64,000 nt of DNA, from positions 3,808,001 through 3,872,000 of the forward strand of contig OZ243927.1 in NCBI GenBank assembly GCA_965213925.1. Direction: 5' to 3'. The DNA comes from Trueperaceae bacterium (lineage in GTDB: Bacteria; Deinococcota; Deinococci; Deinococcales; Trueperaceae). Positions 42,113 to 52,304 of the stretch are shown here, piece after piece. The first letter of the stretch is position 1; each line of letters starts with the position of its first letter. The notes beneath the pieces were generated by a model. It worked only from the letters and a program-made list of their open reading frames with translations. It did no database searches and was not told the origin of the DNA. Both the position numbers and the translations under genes were made by a program.

Positions 42113-42301
42113 GTACATCGTTAAGTAAGGAATGCGACACTGACGTCACCCTGTTCACGAAGTACGGCGAAGCCTGGTTGTCGAAGAATCTCGTCTTCCA
42201 TTCCCAACTAGCCGAGAATGGAAGAATGGAAGACGAGACCCTTACGCATTCGCTCAGGGTGACATCAGTAAGAAGACATCAATACTTTGTTGACAATGTA
42301 G
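42113..42301. repeat. REPIN/MITE-like element, copy 5, abutting the IS630 end
   Basis: GTACATCGTTAAGTAAGG..GTCACCCTGTTCACGAAGTA..GAGACCCTT..GCTCAGGGTGACA..TTGACAATGTAG. Confidence 0.8.
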
Positions 42302-42330
42302 TAAGTCATGCAATTCCGTATAAGCAGCCC

Positions 42331-43914
42331 TTAGTCCGAGGCTGCGCCCGCTCGGGCGGGCTTGACGGCGTTCTCGCCGTCCGGCTCGGGGATACTGGGC
42401 GTGGGGTGGCGTGAGGTCTGCTCGAGGCTGTCCAAATCTAAATGCCCGCGCATAAAGCGCTTCGTGGCGTCCTTGAAGGGTTGAAAATCCCAGTGAGTCT
42501 GCCGCCCCTGCTCCAAGGTCTCGAAGATGAAACGGCGGCGCTGCTGGCTCGAGACGACCGCTTCGTGGAGCGCGTCTACGTCCCAACGCTGCGCGACCTC
42601 TTCGTAAAAAGACCGGCGGAGGTCGGTGAACTGGTGCTTGTCGGCTAAATTCGTGCGCTCGAGCGGGTCAGCCTCCACGTCGAAAAGCTGCTCGGGGTCG
42701 GGCGGGCTGTAGATGTATTTATAACGTCCGCGCCGAATCATGAGCAGCGGCGCGACTGCGCCTTCGCCCAGCATCTCGCCGTAGACGGTGCGCTCTACCG
42801 CGGCATCTTCGGTGCCTTCTAAAAGGGGGAGCAAACTCTGACCCTCCAAGGGCGATACGTAGTCCGTCACCCCGCCCGCCAACTCGGTCAGCGTCGGCAG
42901 CATGTCCACGAGCGACACGTTTTCCGCGACGCGCTTGGGGTCGAAGCGCCCTGGCGCGTGAACCAGGAGCGGTATCCGCGCCGAGGGCTCGAAGAAGGAC
43001 ATCTTGTACCAGAGCCCGCGCTCGCCCAACATCTCGCCGTGGTCCGCCGTAAAGAGGACCAGCGTGTTCTCGCGCAACCCCGTTCTTTCCAACGCCTCGA
43101 CGAGTTGCCCGACCTTGTCGTCGATATAGCTGATCATGCCGTAGTAGGCGCGGCGCGCGCGGCGTACCCGCGCGGGCGTCTGCGCGTAGTCGCCTAGCGC
43201 GCACACCTCGTAGAGCCGCCTGCTGTGCGGGTCGAGTTCGTCGTAGGGCAGCGCCGGGATGCTCGGCAGGTCGATCTCGTCCTCGTCGTACCGGTCCCAG
43301 TATTCCGAGGTGATCGCGAAGGGGTCGTGCGGGTGGGTGAACGAGACGTTCAGGAAGAAGGGCCGCGGGTCCGGGCTGCGCGCCAAGTCGTAAATCTTGC
43401 GCACGGAGCGAAAGGCGACCTCTTCATCGTAGTCGAGCTGGTTGCTCGTCTCGCACACGCCCGCTTGCACCACGCTCAAGAGGTTGTGGTACCAAGGAAA
43501 GCGCTCCTTCCGCGTCCAGTCGGGCGTCCAACCGAAGTCCGAGGGGTAGATGTCGGTGGTGAGACGCTCCTCGAAGCCGTGCAGCTGGTCCGGTCCGACG
43601 AAGTGCATCTTGCCCGCTAAAGAGGTCGCGTAGCCCGCCCTGCGCAGGTAGTGGGCAAATGTAGGCGTGTCGGCGGCAAGTAAGCCAGCGTTGTCGAACG
43701 CGCCGTTTTTGGAGGGGAGCTGTCCCGTGAGCATGGACGCTCTGGAGGGGCAACAGAGCGGGCTGTTGCAGTACGCATTCTCGAACACGACGCCCTCCTC
43801 CGCCAACGCCGAGAGGTGCGGCGCTCGGACGACGGGATGACCGTAAAAAGGCAGCGCAGAGGCGGCGAGTTGGTCCGCCATGATTAAAACGATGTTCGGG
43901 GGGTCGGTGTTCAC
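42331..43914 (-). CDS. betC: Choline-sulfatase
   Basis: NIVLIMADQ, CPSR (FGly motif), GKMHFVGPDQLHGFEERLTTDIYP, GLWYKMSFFE and WDFQP..FMRGHLDLD. Confidence 0.92.
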   Translation of the reverse strand: MNTDPPNIVLIMADQLAASALPFYGHPVVRAPHLSALAEEGVVFENAYCNSPLCCPSRASMLTGQLPSKNGAFDNAGLLAADTPTFAHYLRRAGYATSLAGKMHFVGPDQLHGFEERLTTDIYPSDFGWTPDWTRKERFPWYHNLLSVVQAGVCETSNQLDYDEEVAFRSVRKIYDLARSPDPRPFFLNVSFTHPHDPFAITSEYWDRYDEDEIDLPSIPALPYDELDPHSRRLYEVCALGDYAQTPARVRRARRAYYGMISYIDDKVGQLVEALERTGLRENTLVLFTADHGEMLGERGLWYKMSFFEPSARIPLLVHAPGRFDPKRVAENVSLVDMLPTLTELAGGVTDYVSPLEGQSLLPLLEGTEDAAVERTVYGEMLGEGAVAPLLMIRRGRYKYIYSPPDPEQLFDVEADPLERTNLADKHQFTDLRRSFYEEVAQRWDVDALHEAVVSSQQRRRFIFETLEQGRQTHWDFQPFKDATKRFMRGHLDLDSLEQTSRHPTPSIPEPDGENAVKPARAGAASD

Positions 43915-44163
43915 TCCGTCACCCTATCAGAACCACCGAGGTCGGACCCGTTTTCAGGGCTATGAAATTTTTCTCATCTCGTTTATATTACGTTAATACA
44001 TGAGCGAGTTTTTATGAAGAGTGAAAACGCCGCGCGGGATAACGGACGGTGAGCGTGAACGGAATGAAACCTTTTCGGTCCTTTCGTCACGCTCAGCAGC
44101 TTAGTAAACGTAGCGATTTTACACGCCTTTTAGACGTAGGCTGAGCGGCGATAGGAGCTTGAC

Positions 44164-45213
44164 GTGACGAAGACGAAACGCATCGACTGGATCGACTACG
44201 CCAAAGGCATTACTATCATACTGGTCGTCTTTCATCACGCGATTGGGACGGACCCGGTCTATGAGAGCGGCCTCGGCAACGCGCTGCAAGACTTTAACGA
44301 GCTGCTTATCTACTTCCGCATGCCCTTCTTTATCTTTATCGCGGGCCTCTTCATCAAGAAGGCTTTGGACTCTGAGTTAGGGAGCTTTCTCGAGAAAAAA
44401 GTTTTCCATTTTCTCTACCTCTACGTGCTGTGGTCGCTGATCAAGACGCTGCTCGTGCCGGTCGCTATTAACCTGGCGCAGGGCGACGTAGGGGTAGCGC
44501 TCGGGCTTATCGACCCTCAAAACTTCGTGGGGATTTTTATCTCGCCCCCCGACACGCTCTGGTTTATCTACGCGCTGTTCATCTTTTTCGTGGTCATGCG
44601 GCTTTGTCGCCGGGTGCCGTTTCCGGTCATCTTCGCGGTTGCCGCGCTCATCTACGTGTTCTCCACCACGGCTCACGGCGCGACCCCGCCCTTCTACCAG
44701 CGCATCGGGCACCTCTTCCCCTTCTTCGTGCTCGGCTACTTCGGCTCGCTACACGTGCGCAGGTTCGCCGAAGAGGTCAAGCCTTACTTTCTGCTGGTCG
44801 TGCCCCTGTACGCGCTCACGGCGTGGTGGCTGTTAGCGGCGAACATCGGCGCGGACGTGCTCATCTTTGGAGCTGAGCTGCTAGGGATTACAGCGGGGGT
44901 CGTCAGCGCCAAGCTCATCGCGACCTTAGGAGACAGCTCACTTCGCACCATCAAGTACGTCGGCGCGCACTCGCTCGCCGTCTATCTGGGGCACTTCTTC
45001 CCCATCCTCCTCGTCCGCACGCTCGCCGAACGAGGGCTCATCAGCGCCGAGCAGCTCGGGCTCGGGCTCGAGTTCACGCTCGGTATCCTTTTGCCCATCC
45101 TTCTTTTCAAGCTGAGCCAGCGCTACGGCTGGATGTGGCTCTTCCGCATGCCCGAGGCTTGGCGCGTGCGCCGCCGCGCGCCTGAGCTGGGGGGTAGTCT
45201 CGAGGGTCGGTAA
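44164..45213 (+). CDS. Acyltransferase 3 family membrane protein
   Basis: RIDWIDYAKG..LVVFHH, FRMP.F..AG, LWFIYAL and SLAVYLGH. Confidence 0.88.
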   Translation: MTKTKRIDWIDYAKGITIILVVFHHAIGTDPVYESGLGNALQDFNELLIYFRMPFFIFIAGLFIKKALDSELGSFLEKKVFHFLYLYVLWSLIKTLLVPVAINLAQGDVGVALGLIDPQNFVGIFISPPDTLWFIYALFIFFVVMRLCRRVPFPVIFAVAALIYVFSTTAHGATPPFYQRIGHLFPFFVLGYFGSLHVRRFAEEVKPYFLLVVPLYALTAWWLLAANIGADVLIFGAELLGITAGVVSAKLIATLGDSSLRTIKYVGAHSLAVYLGHFFPILLVRTLAERGLISAEQLGLGLEFTLGILLPILLFKLSQRYGWMWLFRMPEAWRVRRRAPELGGSLEGR

Positions 45214-45245
45214 AGGAAGGTAGACCCGCGCTCCCATCTGCGCTG

Positions 45246-46259
45246 CTAATGCGTCCACGCTTCCAGTAGCTGAGTTTCGAATTCCGAACTGAAGCCCGCC
45301 TGGAGCGTCTTGTCCTGTGCCTTTCTCCAAAGCAGTGTGTCCTTCGCCGTATCAAAGCTAGACCGGAACTGAAGCCCCCGAGCGAGCGCTTTCGAGCTGT
45401 CCACCTTCGCAAAAGGGATTTGATCCTCCGGAAACCAGAGCGGACGCGCCTCCTCTTCAACGTGAGTGAGTTGCTCGCGTAAGAAGTCTTCGCCTGCCCA
45501 AACAAGGTCGACATCTGTCTGAGGAGAATTATCAGTTACCTCCCTAGCCGCTCGCAAGCAGGCGTCGAGCACGTCCTTTAGAGAGTCCTCCCGCCCCGGT
45601 CCGACTGCGTTATAAACGCCGGTCAGCGGCGAAGCGTGAGCTGGGTCTAGCGAGCGGACGAGCCACGCGGCTAAGTCTCGAGCGTCGGTGAACTGCACGG
45701 GGCGCTCGGGGTCGCCGGGGGCGAGGACGGGCTCTCCGTCCGAGAGGGCGCGTAGGAACCGCATAGGCCACCACGTAAAACGGTCCGTCGGGTCTCTAGG
45801 TCCGACCATGATGCCGGGTCGAACGATCATGAGGCTGCCGCTGAAGTGTTCCCTAAGCGCTCCTTCGCACGCCAGCTTCCGAAGGCTGCGTGCTTGCAAG
45901 GGGTCGTCACTGGCTGGGTCGCCCTCGCGTCTGAGCGGCGCAGCTTCGTCCACGGTGTCGGGTCCGTCAGGATGGTAGTTGCTGATGCCCGAAATGTAGC
46001 CGTAAGCGGAAACCTTGCCGGAGAGAAGTTGCGCCATCTTGGTGACCGCCCCAGGGTCGCTGAAGGTATCGACCACCGCGTCCCAAGTGCGACCTTTTAA
46101 GGCTGACACGTCGTCTTTGCGGTCGCCTTCGAGCGCCTCGACTTCAAGCTCGCTCTCGCCTTCGCGGTTAAACGTAGTCACGCGGTGGCCGAGCGCTACC
46201 GCTTGAGCCACCACGTGAAAGCCGAGAAAGCCCGTTCCGCCCAGTACGAGTAGGTCCAC
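45246..46259 (-). CDS. NAD-dependent epimerase/dehydratase (atypical SDR)
   Basis: LGGTGFLG, FNR, RPGIMVGP.DPTDRFTWW and QFTDARDLA. GTG lies just after the helicase stop. Confidence 0.85.
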   Translation of the reverse strand: MDLLVLGGTGFLGFHVVAQAVALGHRVTTFNREGESELEVEALEGDRKDDVSALKGRTWDAVVDTFSDPGAVTKMAQLLSGKVSAYGYISGISNYHPDGPDTVDEAAPLRREGDPASDDPLQARSLRKLACEGALREHFSGSLMIVRPGIMVGPRDPTDRFTWWPMRFLRALSDGEPVLAPGDPERPVQFTDARDLAAWLVRSLDPAHASPLTGVYNAVGPGREDSLKDVLDACLRAAREVTDNSPQTDVDLVWAGEDFLREQLTHVEEEARPLWFPEDQIPFAKVDSSKALARGLQFRSSFDTAKDTLLWRKAQDKTLQAGFSSEFETQLLEAWTH

Positions 46260-46260
46260 G

Positions 46261-47532
46261 CTAACTCCCCTTCTTCGTGGACTTACGCCGCTGCGAACGC
46301 TGAGCACCCGATTGCCCTTTCGCCTCTCCCGGGCGCGGCGAACTGCCGCGCTTAGGAGGGCGGTTGCGCCGAGGAGGGCGGGGCGCTCGGTCGTCTGAGG
46401 TGCTTTGGTGACCTTCGTAGACGAAGGTGTCCAAGGTGACGCGCCCTATCCGCTCCCCGAGTGAACGCTCGATGGCGCGGACCGCGCTCTCGTCGTCTGG
46501 CGTGACGAAGGTGAAGGCTTCGCCCGTGCGCTCGGCGCGTCCGGTCCGCCCGATGCGGTGGGTGTACGCCTCGGGCGTGTCGGGGATGTCGTAGTTAATG
46601 ACGTGCGAAATGCGCGACACGTCGATCCCTCTCGCGGCGATGTCGGTCGCGACCAAAACGTGAAAGTCACCTCGCTTAAAACCGTCCAGCGCCTTTTGCC
46701 GCTTGTTTTGCGAGAGGTTGCCCTGGAGTGAGGTGGCGAAGAAGTTGTCCTTGTCGAGCTGCGCGGCGAGGCGTTTTGCGCCATGCTTCGTGCGGGTAAA
46801 AACGAGCGCTGAGCGCGTGTCATGAGCGCGCAAGAGGTGCTTGAGCATCGCGGTCTTTTGGTGACGCGCCACCGGGTAGAGGGCGTGCGTGATGGTTTCA
46901 GCGGGCGCAGCTTGCCCGACCTCTACGGTGACGGGGTTCGTCAAGATACTCTTGGCGAGCTGCCGCAGCGCGTCCGGCATGGTGGCGGAGAAGAGGAGGC
47001 GCTGCGCCCCCTTAGGCACGCGCTTGACGATGGACCTAATCGCGGGCAAGAAACCCATGTCGAACATGTGATCCGCCTCGTCCAAGACGAGAACCTCTAA
47101 CTTAGAGAGGTTCGCATTTTTGCGCTCGAGGTGGTCTAAAAGCCGCCCAGGACACGCCACGATGATTTCGGCGTTGCCCTTTAGGGCGCGTATCTGCGGC
47201 GTCATGCCGACGCCACCATATATGGTTGCGCTCCGCAAATTCGTACCCTTGCCAAGCACGCGAATCTCGCCATTAATCTGCTCCGCAAGTTCGCGCGTCG
47301 GCGCGACGATGAGCGCCCGGATGCGCCCCCTCGGACCGTCTTGCAGGCGGTTGAGAAGAGGTAGGGCGAACGCGGCCGTCTTGCCCGTACCCGTTTGCGC
47401 CAAGCCTAAAACATCCTGGCCGTTTAAGACGGGCGGTATGGCCTGTTGCTGAATAGGGGTGGGCGTGCTGTACCCTGCGGTTTTTAGCCCGGCGGCGACG
47501 CGCGGGTGAAAGTTGAATGATTCAAATGACAT
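46261..47532 (-). CDS. DEAD-box RNA helicase (RhlE-like)
   Basis: AQTGTGKT, PTRELA, DEAD, SAT, ARGID and HRIGRTGR. Confidence 0.95.
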   Translation of the reverse strand: MSFESFNFHPRVAAGLKTAGYSTPTPIQQQAIPPVLNGQDVLGLAQTGTGKTAAFALPLLNRLQDGPRGRIRALIVAPTRELAEQINGEIRVLGKGTNLRSATIYGGVGMTPQIRALKGNAEIIVACPGRLLDHLERKNANLSKLEVLVLDEADHMFDMGFLPAIRSIVKRVPKGAQRLLFSATMPDALRQLAKSILTNPVTVEVGQAAPAETITHALYPVARHQKTAMLKHLLRAHDTRSALVFTRTKHGAKRLAAQLDKDNFFATSLQGNLSQNKRQKALDGFKRGDFHVLVATDIAARGIDVSRISHVINYDIPDTPEAYTHRIGRTGRAERTGEAFTFVTPDDESAVRAIERSLGERIGRVTLDTFVYEGHQSTSDDRAPRPPRRNRPPKRGSSPRPGEAKGQSGAQRSQRRKSTKKGS

Positions 47533-47764
47533 GGGAGTCCTTCCTGGCAAACTTTCAGCCAAGTCGCACCCTTTGACCTTACAAGTAAGCGAGAGATAGT
47601 GTACAGCATGGCGGCGAATCGGTGCGCCTCGTGGCTTACGGCACCAAGACGCTCATGCTGCTTTAGTCGTTGAAGTCCTTCTAAAACTTAACGAAGCTAC
47701 CGAGCATTTTTGCATAAGCAGGATTTTTGCCTCGGTGAGACGTAAACCTCACCACATTTATATT

Positions 47765-48370
47765 TCACCAAATCTCTGCTAGCTCGAGCACAAATCCCGC
47801 CAACACCCCTGTTCCTACGACCTCTTGGGGGTGCTCGAGTTCTTCTACGCCATCCGCTGTATAGATGTAAACGCGCTTCTCTTGCGGGTCGATGAGCCAG
47901 CCCAACTCTGCGCCGTTCTCCATATACTCCTGCATCTTTTCTTTGACAACCTCTAAGCGGTCTGTCGGTGAACGAAGCTCCAGCACGAAGTCAGGACATA
48001 GGGGCGGATACTTCTCCATTTGTTTGTGTGTCAGCGTTTCTAGCTTTGCTTTGCTCACCCATGACGTGTCAGGTGAACGAACCGCACCGTCAGGTAAGCG
48101 AAAACCTGTGGAGGAATCAAACGCCTCGCCTTGAGCATTCTCCTCTGCCCACTGTCCGAATTTCATAGCAAACTTAAAATTGCGGCGTCCTGTATTTCCT
48201 CCTGTGGGCGGCATGACGATAAGGTCTCCTTCGGCGCTGAGTTCCATGCGGAGGTCTTGGTTCGCTTGAGCGAGATCGAAAAACGTGTCGGCGTCAAGCT
48301 TACCTAACGTGTCAAGCCGCATCACCACGTAGGGATATTCAGGTTTAGAAGAAACAGGTTTGATAGCCAT
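47765..48370 (-). CDS. Uma2-family endonuclease-fold protein
   Basis: DSSTGFRLPDGAVRSPD, CPDFVLELRS and KMQEY..GWLIDP. Confidence 0.9.
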   Translation of the reverse strand: MAIKPVSSKPEYPYVVMRLDTLGKLDADTFFDLAQANQDLRMELSAEGDLIVMPPTGGNTGRRNFKFAMKFGQWAEENAQGEAFDSSTGFRLPDGAVRSPDTSWVSKAKLETLTHKQMEKYPPLCPDFVLELRSPTDRLEVVKEKMQEYMENGAELGWLIDPQEKRVYIYTADGVEELEHPQEVVGTGVLAGFVLELAEIW

Positions 48371-48464
48371 AGTTGCTCCTAGCACCTCTATTTTAGCACC
48401 TCTTCACCTCAACCCTTTTTCAGACCGAGTCTACAAGGTGTTAAGCTCGAGCTAAACTTACGGT

Positions 48465-49247
48465 ATGCTCCCCGAAACCTCTTCAGCGAACTTAGACCTC
48501 CTTTCTGCGCCAAACTTGAATGTGCCGCACGGCTTCACAACGCGAGGCGGCGGCGTGAGCGTGTCTCCTTACGACAGCCTCAACTTAGGGCTGAGCAGCG
48601 GCGACGCGAGTGAGAGTGTCGCGGAGAATCGTCAGAGAGTTTTAGCCGCGTTCGGCGTAACAAAGGGAGAGGTCTGCGCCTTTCATCAGGTGCATAGCGC
48701 CCGCGTGATTGAGGGCTACCCAACTTGGTTCGAAGAGGAGGCGGACGCTTCGGTGACGGATGACCCGAATTTGCTCCTTGTTATTAGCGTAGCGGACTGC
48801 TCGCCGCTCTTGTTTCATGACCCGGTGAAAGAGGTCGTGGGGGCGGCGCACTGTGGCTGGCGCGGGACGGTTAAGGGGATGGCGCAAGAGGTCGTTCGGC
48901 GGATGAGGGAGCTTTACAACTCCGACCCGAAAGACATCCGCGTCTCTATTGGACCAGGTATCAGCGCGGCGCGCTATCAAGTCGGCGAAGAGGTCGTGCA
49001 AGCATTTGTAGACGCAGGTTTTCCTGAATCTATCTCCTACCCCGATAATGAAGGTCGCTATCGGCTGGACATTGCGGCGGCGAACCGTTGGACGCTAGCG
49101 CAAGCAGGTGTCCCCTCGGAAAATATCTGGACCTCAGACTGGTGCACCTACAGCGACCCCACGCGCTTCTATTCGCATCGGCGCGACGCGGGCAAGACGG
49201 GGCGGCACTGGGCGGCGATAAGGCTAGGTGAAAGAGAAAAGGACTGA
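48465..49247 (+). CDS. pgeF: Peptidoglycan editing factor / purine nucleoside phosphorylase, YfiH family
   Basis: HGFTTRGGG, SLNLG, QVHS, ADC, AHCGWRG and FYSHRRD. Confidence 0.9.
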   Translation: MLPETSSANLDLLSAPNLNVPHGFTTRGGGVSVSPYDSLNLGLSSGDASESVAENRQRVLAAFGVTKGEVCAFHQVHSARVIEGYPTWFEEEADASVTDDPNLLLVISVADCSPLLFHDPVKEVVGAAHCGWRGTVKGMAQEVVRRMRELYNSDPKDIRVSIGPGISAARYQVGEEVVQAFVDAGFPESISYPDNEGRYRLDIAAANRWTLAQAGVPSENIWTSDWCTYSDPTRFYSHRRDAGKTGRHWAAIRLGEREKD

Positions 49248-49285
49248 GGACTGAGAGAAAAGAATATACTCAGTCCTCAGTCCTC
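49238..49285. repeat. AGGACTG-heptamer inverted repeat element, copy 2 (supplies the pgeF stop codon)
   Basis: AAGGACTGAGGACTGAG..CTCAGTCCTCAGTCCT. Confidence 0.75.
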
Positions 49286-49314
49286 TTCATGACTTTCGCG
49301 CGGTAGACTGTTCT

Positions 49315-49929
49315 ATGGAACGCTTACTAGAAACGATGCGCCGTCTGCGCGCGCCGGACGGGTGTCCGTGGGATAAAGAGCAGACGCACGAGTCGCTGAG
49401 ACCTTATCTGCTCGAGGAAGCTGCCGAAGCCGTAGACGCTATCTCGTCGGGTAACGACGCGGCGATAGCGGACGAACTCGGTGATGTTTTATTGCAAGTT
49501 GCCTTTCACGCGGTGATTGCTGAAGCGGACGGGCGTTTTGACTATAACGCGGTTGAAGACGCCATCGTCGCTAAATTGATTCGGCGGCATCCGCATGTTT
49601 TTGCGGACACGAAGGTGGATGGTGCCGATGAGGTCTTGACGAACTGGAGGGCGATCAAAGCGGAAGAGAAGCGCAAGGAAGGGGCGAGTGAGGTCTCACC
49701 GGCTGAGAACGTGCCGCGCTCGTTACCTGCTTTGATGCGGGCGCATGAGCTTGGTAAAAAGTTGGGCTGGGCGAAAGGGTCGAAAGAAGAGGTCGAACGC
49801 TCAGCGGACAAAGAGGTCGGGGAGTTGCTTCTCGCAGTGGTGGATTATGCCAGAGCTGTGGGCGTCAATCCAGAAGTGGCGCTCCGCGAAGCGGCGGACG
49901 CTCGGGCGCAAGTTGAGGTGGCTACGTGA
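49315..49929 (+). CDS. mazG: MazG-family nucleoside triphosphate pyrophosphohydrolase (short form)
   Basis: LRAPDGCPWD, EEAAEAVD, ELGDVLLQ and KLIRRHPHVF. Confidence 0.9.
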   Translation: MERLLETMRRLRAPDGCPWDKEQTHESLRPYLLEEAAEAVDAISSGNDAAIADELGDVLLQVAFHAVIAEADGRFDYNAVEDAIVAKLIRRHPHVFADTKVDGADEVLTNWRAIKAEEKRKEGASEVSPAENVPRSLPALMRAHELGKKLGWAKGSKEEVERSADKEVGELLLAVVDYARAVGVNPEVALREAADARAQVEVAT

Positions 49930-50537
49930 GCGCCAACGCGACCTCTAATGCGACCTCTAACGTGTCCGAGTTGTCGGCTGATGAGGTCATCTCGAGGCTC
50001 AAAACCAACCTCAAACATTTTGAACGCGAGACGATGACGATAGACGGCTTTCGCCAAGCGGCGGTGCTCGTGCCGCTACTACGCGGACCAAACGGCTTCG
50101 AACTGCTCTTTACAGTACGCGCCGCGACACTCGCAAACCACGCCGGGCAGATTTCCTTTCCGGGCGGGCGCAGTGACCCCGGCGAAACGTTGGCGCAGAC
50201 CGCCCGCCGCGAGACCTTAGAAGAGGTCGGTTTGCGCGTAGAAGAAGATGACCTTTTGGGCGAACTGAGCGAGTTGCCCTCGCCTGCACGTTACGTGGTG
50301 ACGCCCATTGTCGGCGTGGTGGACTGGCCCCAACCCTTGACGCTCAACCGCGCCGAGGTCGAAGAGGCGTTCACCGTGCCGCTGAGCGAACTGCGCGCCT
50401 TAAAGCCCCGCACCGAAATCCGTTATCTGGAGGGCATGGAACGCACCCTCTTCTACTACCCCTGGCGAAACCGCCTGATCTGGGGCATGACGGGCAACGT
50501 GCTCAAGAACTTTTTGGACGTTTTGGAGGCAGATTAG
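49926..50537 (+). CDS. CoA pyrophosphatase (Nudix, NudL-like)
   Basis: AAVLVPL, HAGQISFPGG..ARRETLEEVG and IWGMT. Confidence 0.9.
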   Translation: MSANATSNATSNVSELSADEVISRLKTNLKHFERETMTIDGFRQAAVLVPLLRGPNGFELLFTVRAATLANHAGQISFPGGRSDPGETLAQTARRETLEEVGLRVEEDDLLGELSELPSPARYVVTPIVGVVDWPQPLTLNRAEVEEAFTVPLSELRALKPRTEIRYLEGMERTLFYYPWRNRLIWGMTGNVLKNFLDVLEAD

Positions 50538-50657
50538 GGAGCAATGAGGAACGAGCAGAAAGGAAGCAATGAGCAATGAGTTAAAACCAAAGTCTTTCCA
50601 CTCATTGCTCATTGCTTTCAACTGTCTTTTTCTCATTGCTTTTAACTCATTGCTCCC
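50538..50657. repeat. AGCAATG-heptamer element, copy 2 (inverted relative to copy 1)
   Basis: GAGCAATGAGGAACGAGCAG matches the reverse complement of 31410-31430 at all but one base. Confidence 0.8.
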
Positions 50658-50730
50658 CTAGCGTGGTAGCCTTTTTTATGCACCGAGGGCGGCGAGATGT
50701 TCTATTAACCCATTTAGAGTCGAGCGACAC

Positions 50731-52227
50731 GTGAAGCGGCGCGACTTCAGGGTGGTGCGCGACAAGAAGGGGGGCGACAGGGAGAAGTACGCCTTCACGC
50801 TGGGCGCGGTGGTCGAGTCGCTCCAGGGCGTCGGGATGCCGACCGACGAGGCGATTGCGGTGGCGCGGCAGACCGAGAAGCACCTGCGCAACGAGGGCGA
50901 GAAGAACGTGGCGCTGGGTGACTTAGTAGCTTATGTGGGGCGCGTGCTCGAGAAAGACTTCGGCGCTGACGTCGCTGAACGTTTCGCGCAGCAAACTCCG
51001 CCCTTCGTGCCGATTATGGTGGTACTAAAGGACGAGCAGACACCCTTCTCGAGGCGCACCCTCGCCAAATCCCTGCAAAAGCTGGACTTCTCCTTTAAGG
51101 ACGCCCACGCCGTCGCCAGCCAAGTCGAGCAGACGCTCCGCACGAGCGGGTTCGAAGTAGTTTCGGAGCGCGAGCTGATGCAGCAGGTCGCGCTGAGTTT
51201 AGAGGCGCTTTTAGGTCGCGCCGCACGTATGCGCTACGAGGCGAAGACGGAGCAGCCGGGCGAACTCATCGTCTTGGAGCCTAACGGGGCGCGCTTTCCG
51301 TACTCGAGGGGCATCTTAGCGCAATCCCTAATGGCGGTGGGGCTCGGTCCCGAATTGTCGCATCAGCTCGCCAAACGCGCCGAGAACGCGCTCTGGCGCA
51401 GGGGCAGGCGCGAGGTGGCGCGCGAAGAGGTGCGCCGCACCGTCAAGCTCTTGCTCTTGCAAGAAGCGGGCGAGGAGTTCGCTCGCCGCTACGAGCTGCT
51501 GCGGAACGTGCGCCGCCCCGACAAGCCCATCGTCGTGCTCATCGGCGGCGCGCCGGGGGTCGGCAAGTCGAGCCTCGCTTCGGAGCTTTCGTACCGGCTG
51601 GGCATCCCGCGCATCGTCTCGTCGGATTCGGTGCGGCAGGCGCTACGCTCGCTCATTAGCGCGGAGCTGAGCCCGGCTTTGCACGCCTCGAGCTTCTCCG
51701 CGTGGCGCGCCGAGCTGCTCCCGAGCGAACTCAAAAACGCCAAACCCAAACGCAAGCGCGTGGTGCGCGGCTTTCAGCGGCAGGTGCAGCAGCTCACCAC
51801 CGCGCTCCTAGCCATCCTAGACCGCAACATCGAGGAGGCGACCTCACTGGTCGTCGAAGGCATCCACCTGGTGCCGGGTTTTATGCCCTTAGCCGAGCGC
51901 GAAGGCGCGACGGTGGTCGAACTCGTCTTGCACGTCACCGACGAGGAGAAGCACCGCAGCTACTTCGGCGTGCGTGAGTTGCAGACGCGGCAGCGGCGCA
52001 GCAGCGAGGCGTATCTAGCGCACTTCGACGAAATCCGCATCCTGCAGAACTTCATGGTCGAACGCGCCGAAGAAGAGGGCGTTCCCGTCGTTGAAACGAA
52101 CGACTTCGACCAGGCGGTCGAGCAAGCTATCGAGCTTATCTTAAATGCGGTCTTAGCCGAACGCGCCGAGCCTCTAGCTGACGAGTTGGAGGCGTTGGGG
52201 CGCGAGGTCAACGCGGGCGGCGTTTAG
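50731..52227 (+). CDS. ATP-cone repeat / 2-phosphoglycerate kinase-family protein
   Basis: Three cone-like repeats (AFTLGAVVESL, PFSRRTLAKSL, PYSRGILAQSL); P-loop GAPGVGKS; SSDSVRQ, LHASSF and EGIHLVPG. Confidence 0.8.
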   Translation: MKRRDFRVVRDKKGGDREKYAFTLGAVVESLQGVGMPTDEAIAVARQTEKHLRNEGEKNVALGDLVAYVGRVLEKDFGADVAERFAQQTPPFVPIMVVLKDEQTPFSRRTLAKSLQKLDFSFKDAHAVASQVEQTLRTSGFEVVSERELMQQVALSLEALLGRAARMRYEAKTEQPGELIVLEPNGARFPYSRGILAQSLMAVGLGPELSHQLAKRAENALWRRGRREVAREEVRRTVKLLLLQEAGEEFARRYELLRNVRRPDKPIVVLIGGAPGVGKSSLASELSYRLGIPRIVSSDSVRQALRSLISAELSPALHASSFSAWRAELLPSELKNAKPKRKRVVRGFQRQVQQLTTALLAILDRNIEEATSLVVEGIHLVPGFMPLAEREGATVVELVLHVTDEEKHRSYFGVRELQTRQRRSSEAYLAHFDEIRILQNFMVERAEEEGVPVVETNDFDQAVEQAIELILNAVLAERAEPLADELEALGREVNAGGV

Positions 52228-52304
52228 GCAGGACAGCGCCGTGCCCCCTCATATTTTGTTAATTCCCTCAAAGGAATCAGCCTCGCCGCGCTAGGATAGA
52301 GAGC

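Noticed and set aside
47765..50537. Uma2 plus MazG as an anti-phage defence system
   Set aside because: The genes are divergent. MazG sits in a housekeeping pgeF-mazG-nudix context, and Uma2 genes are commonly scattered singletons.
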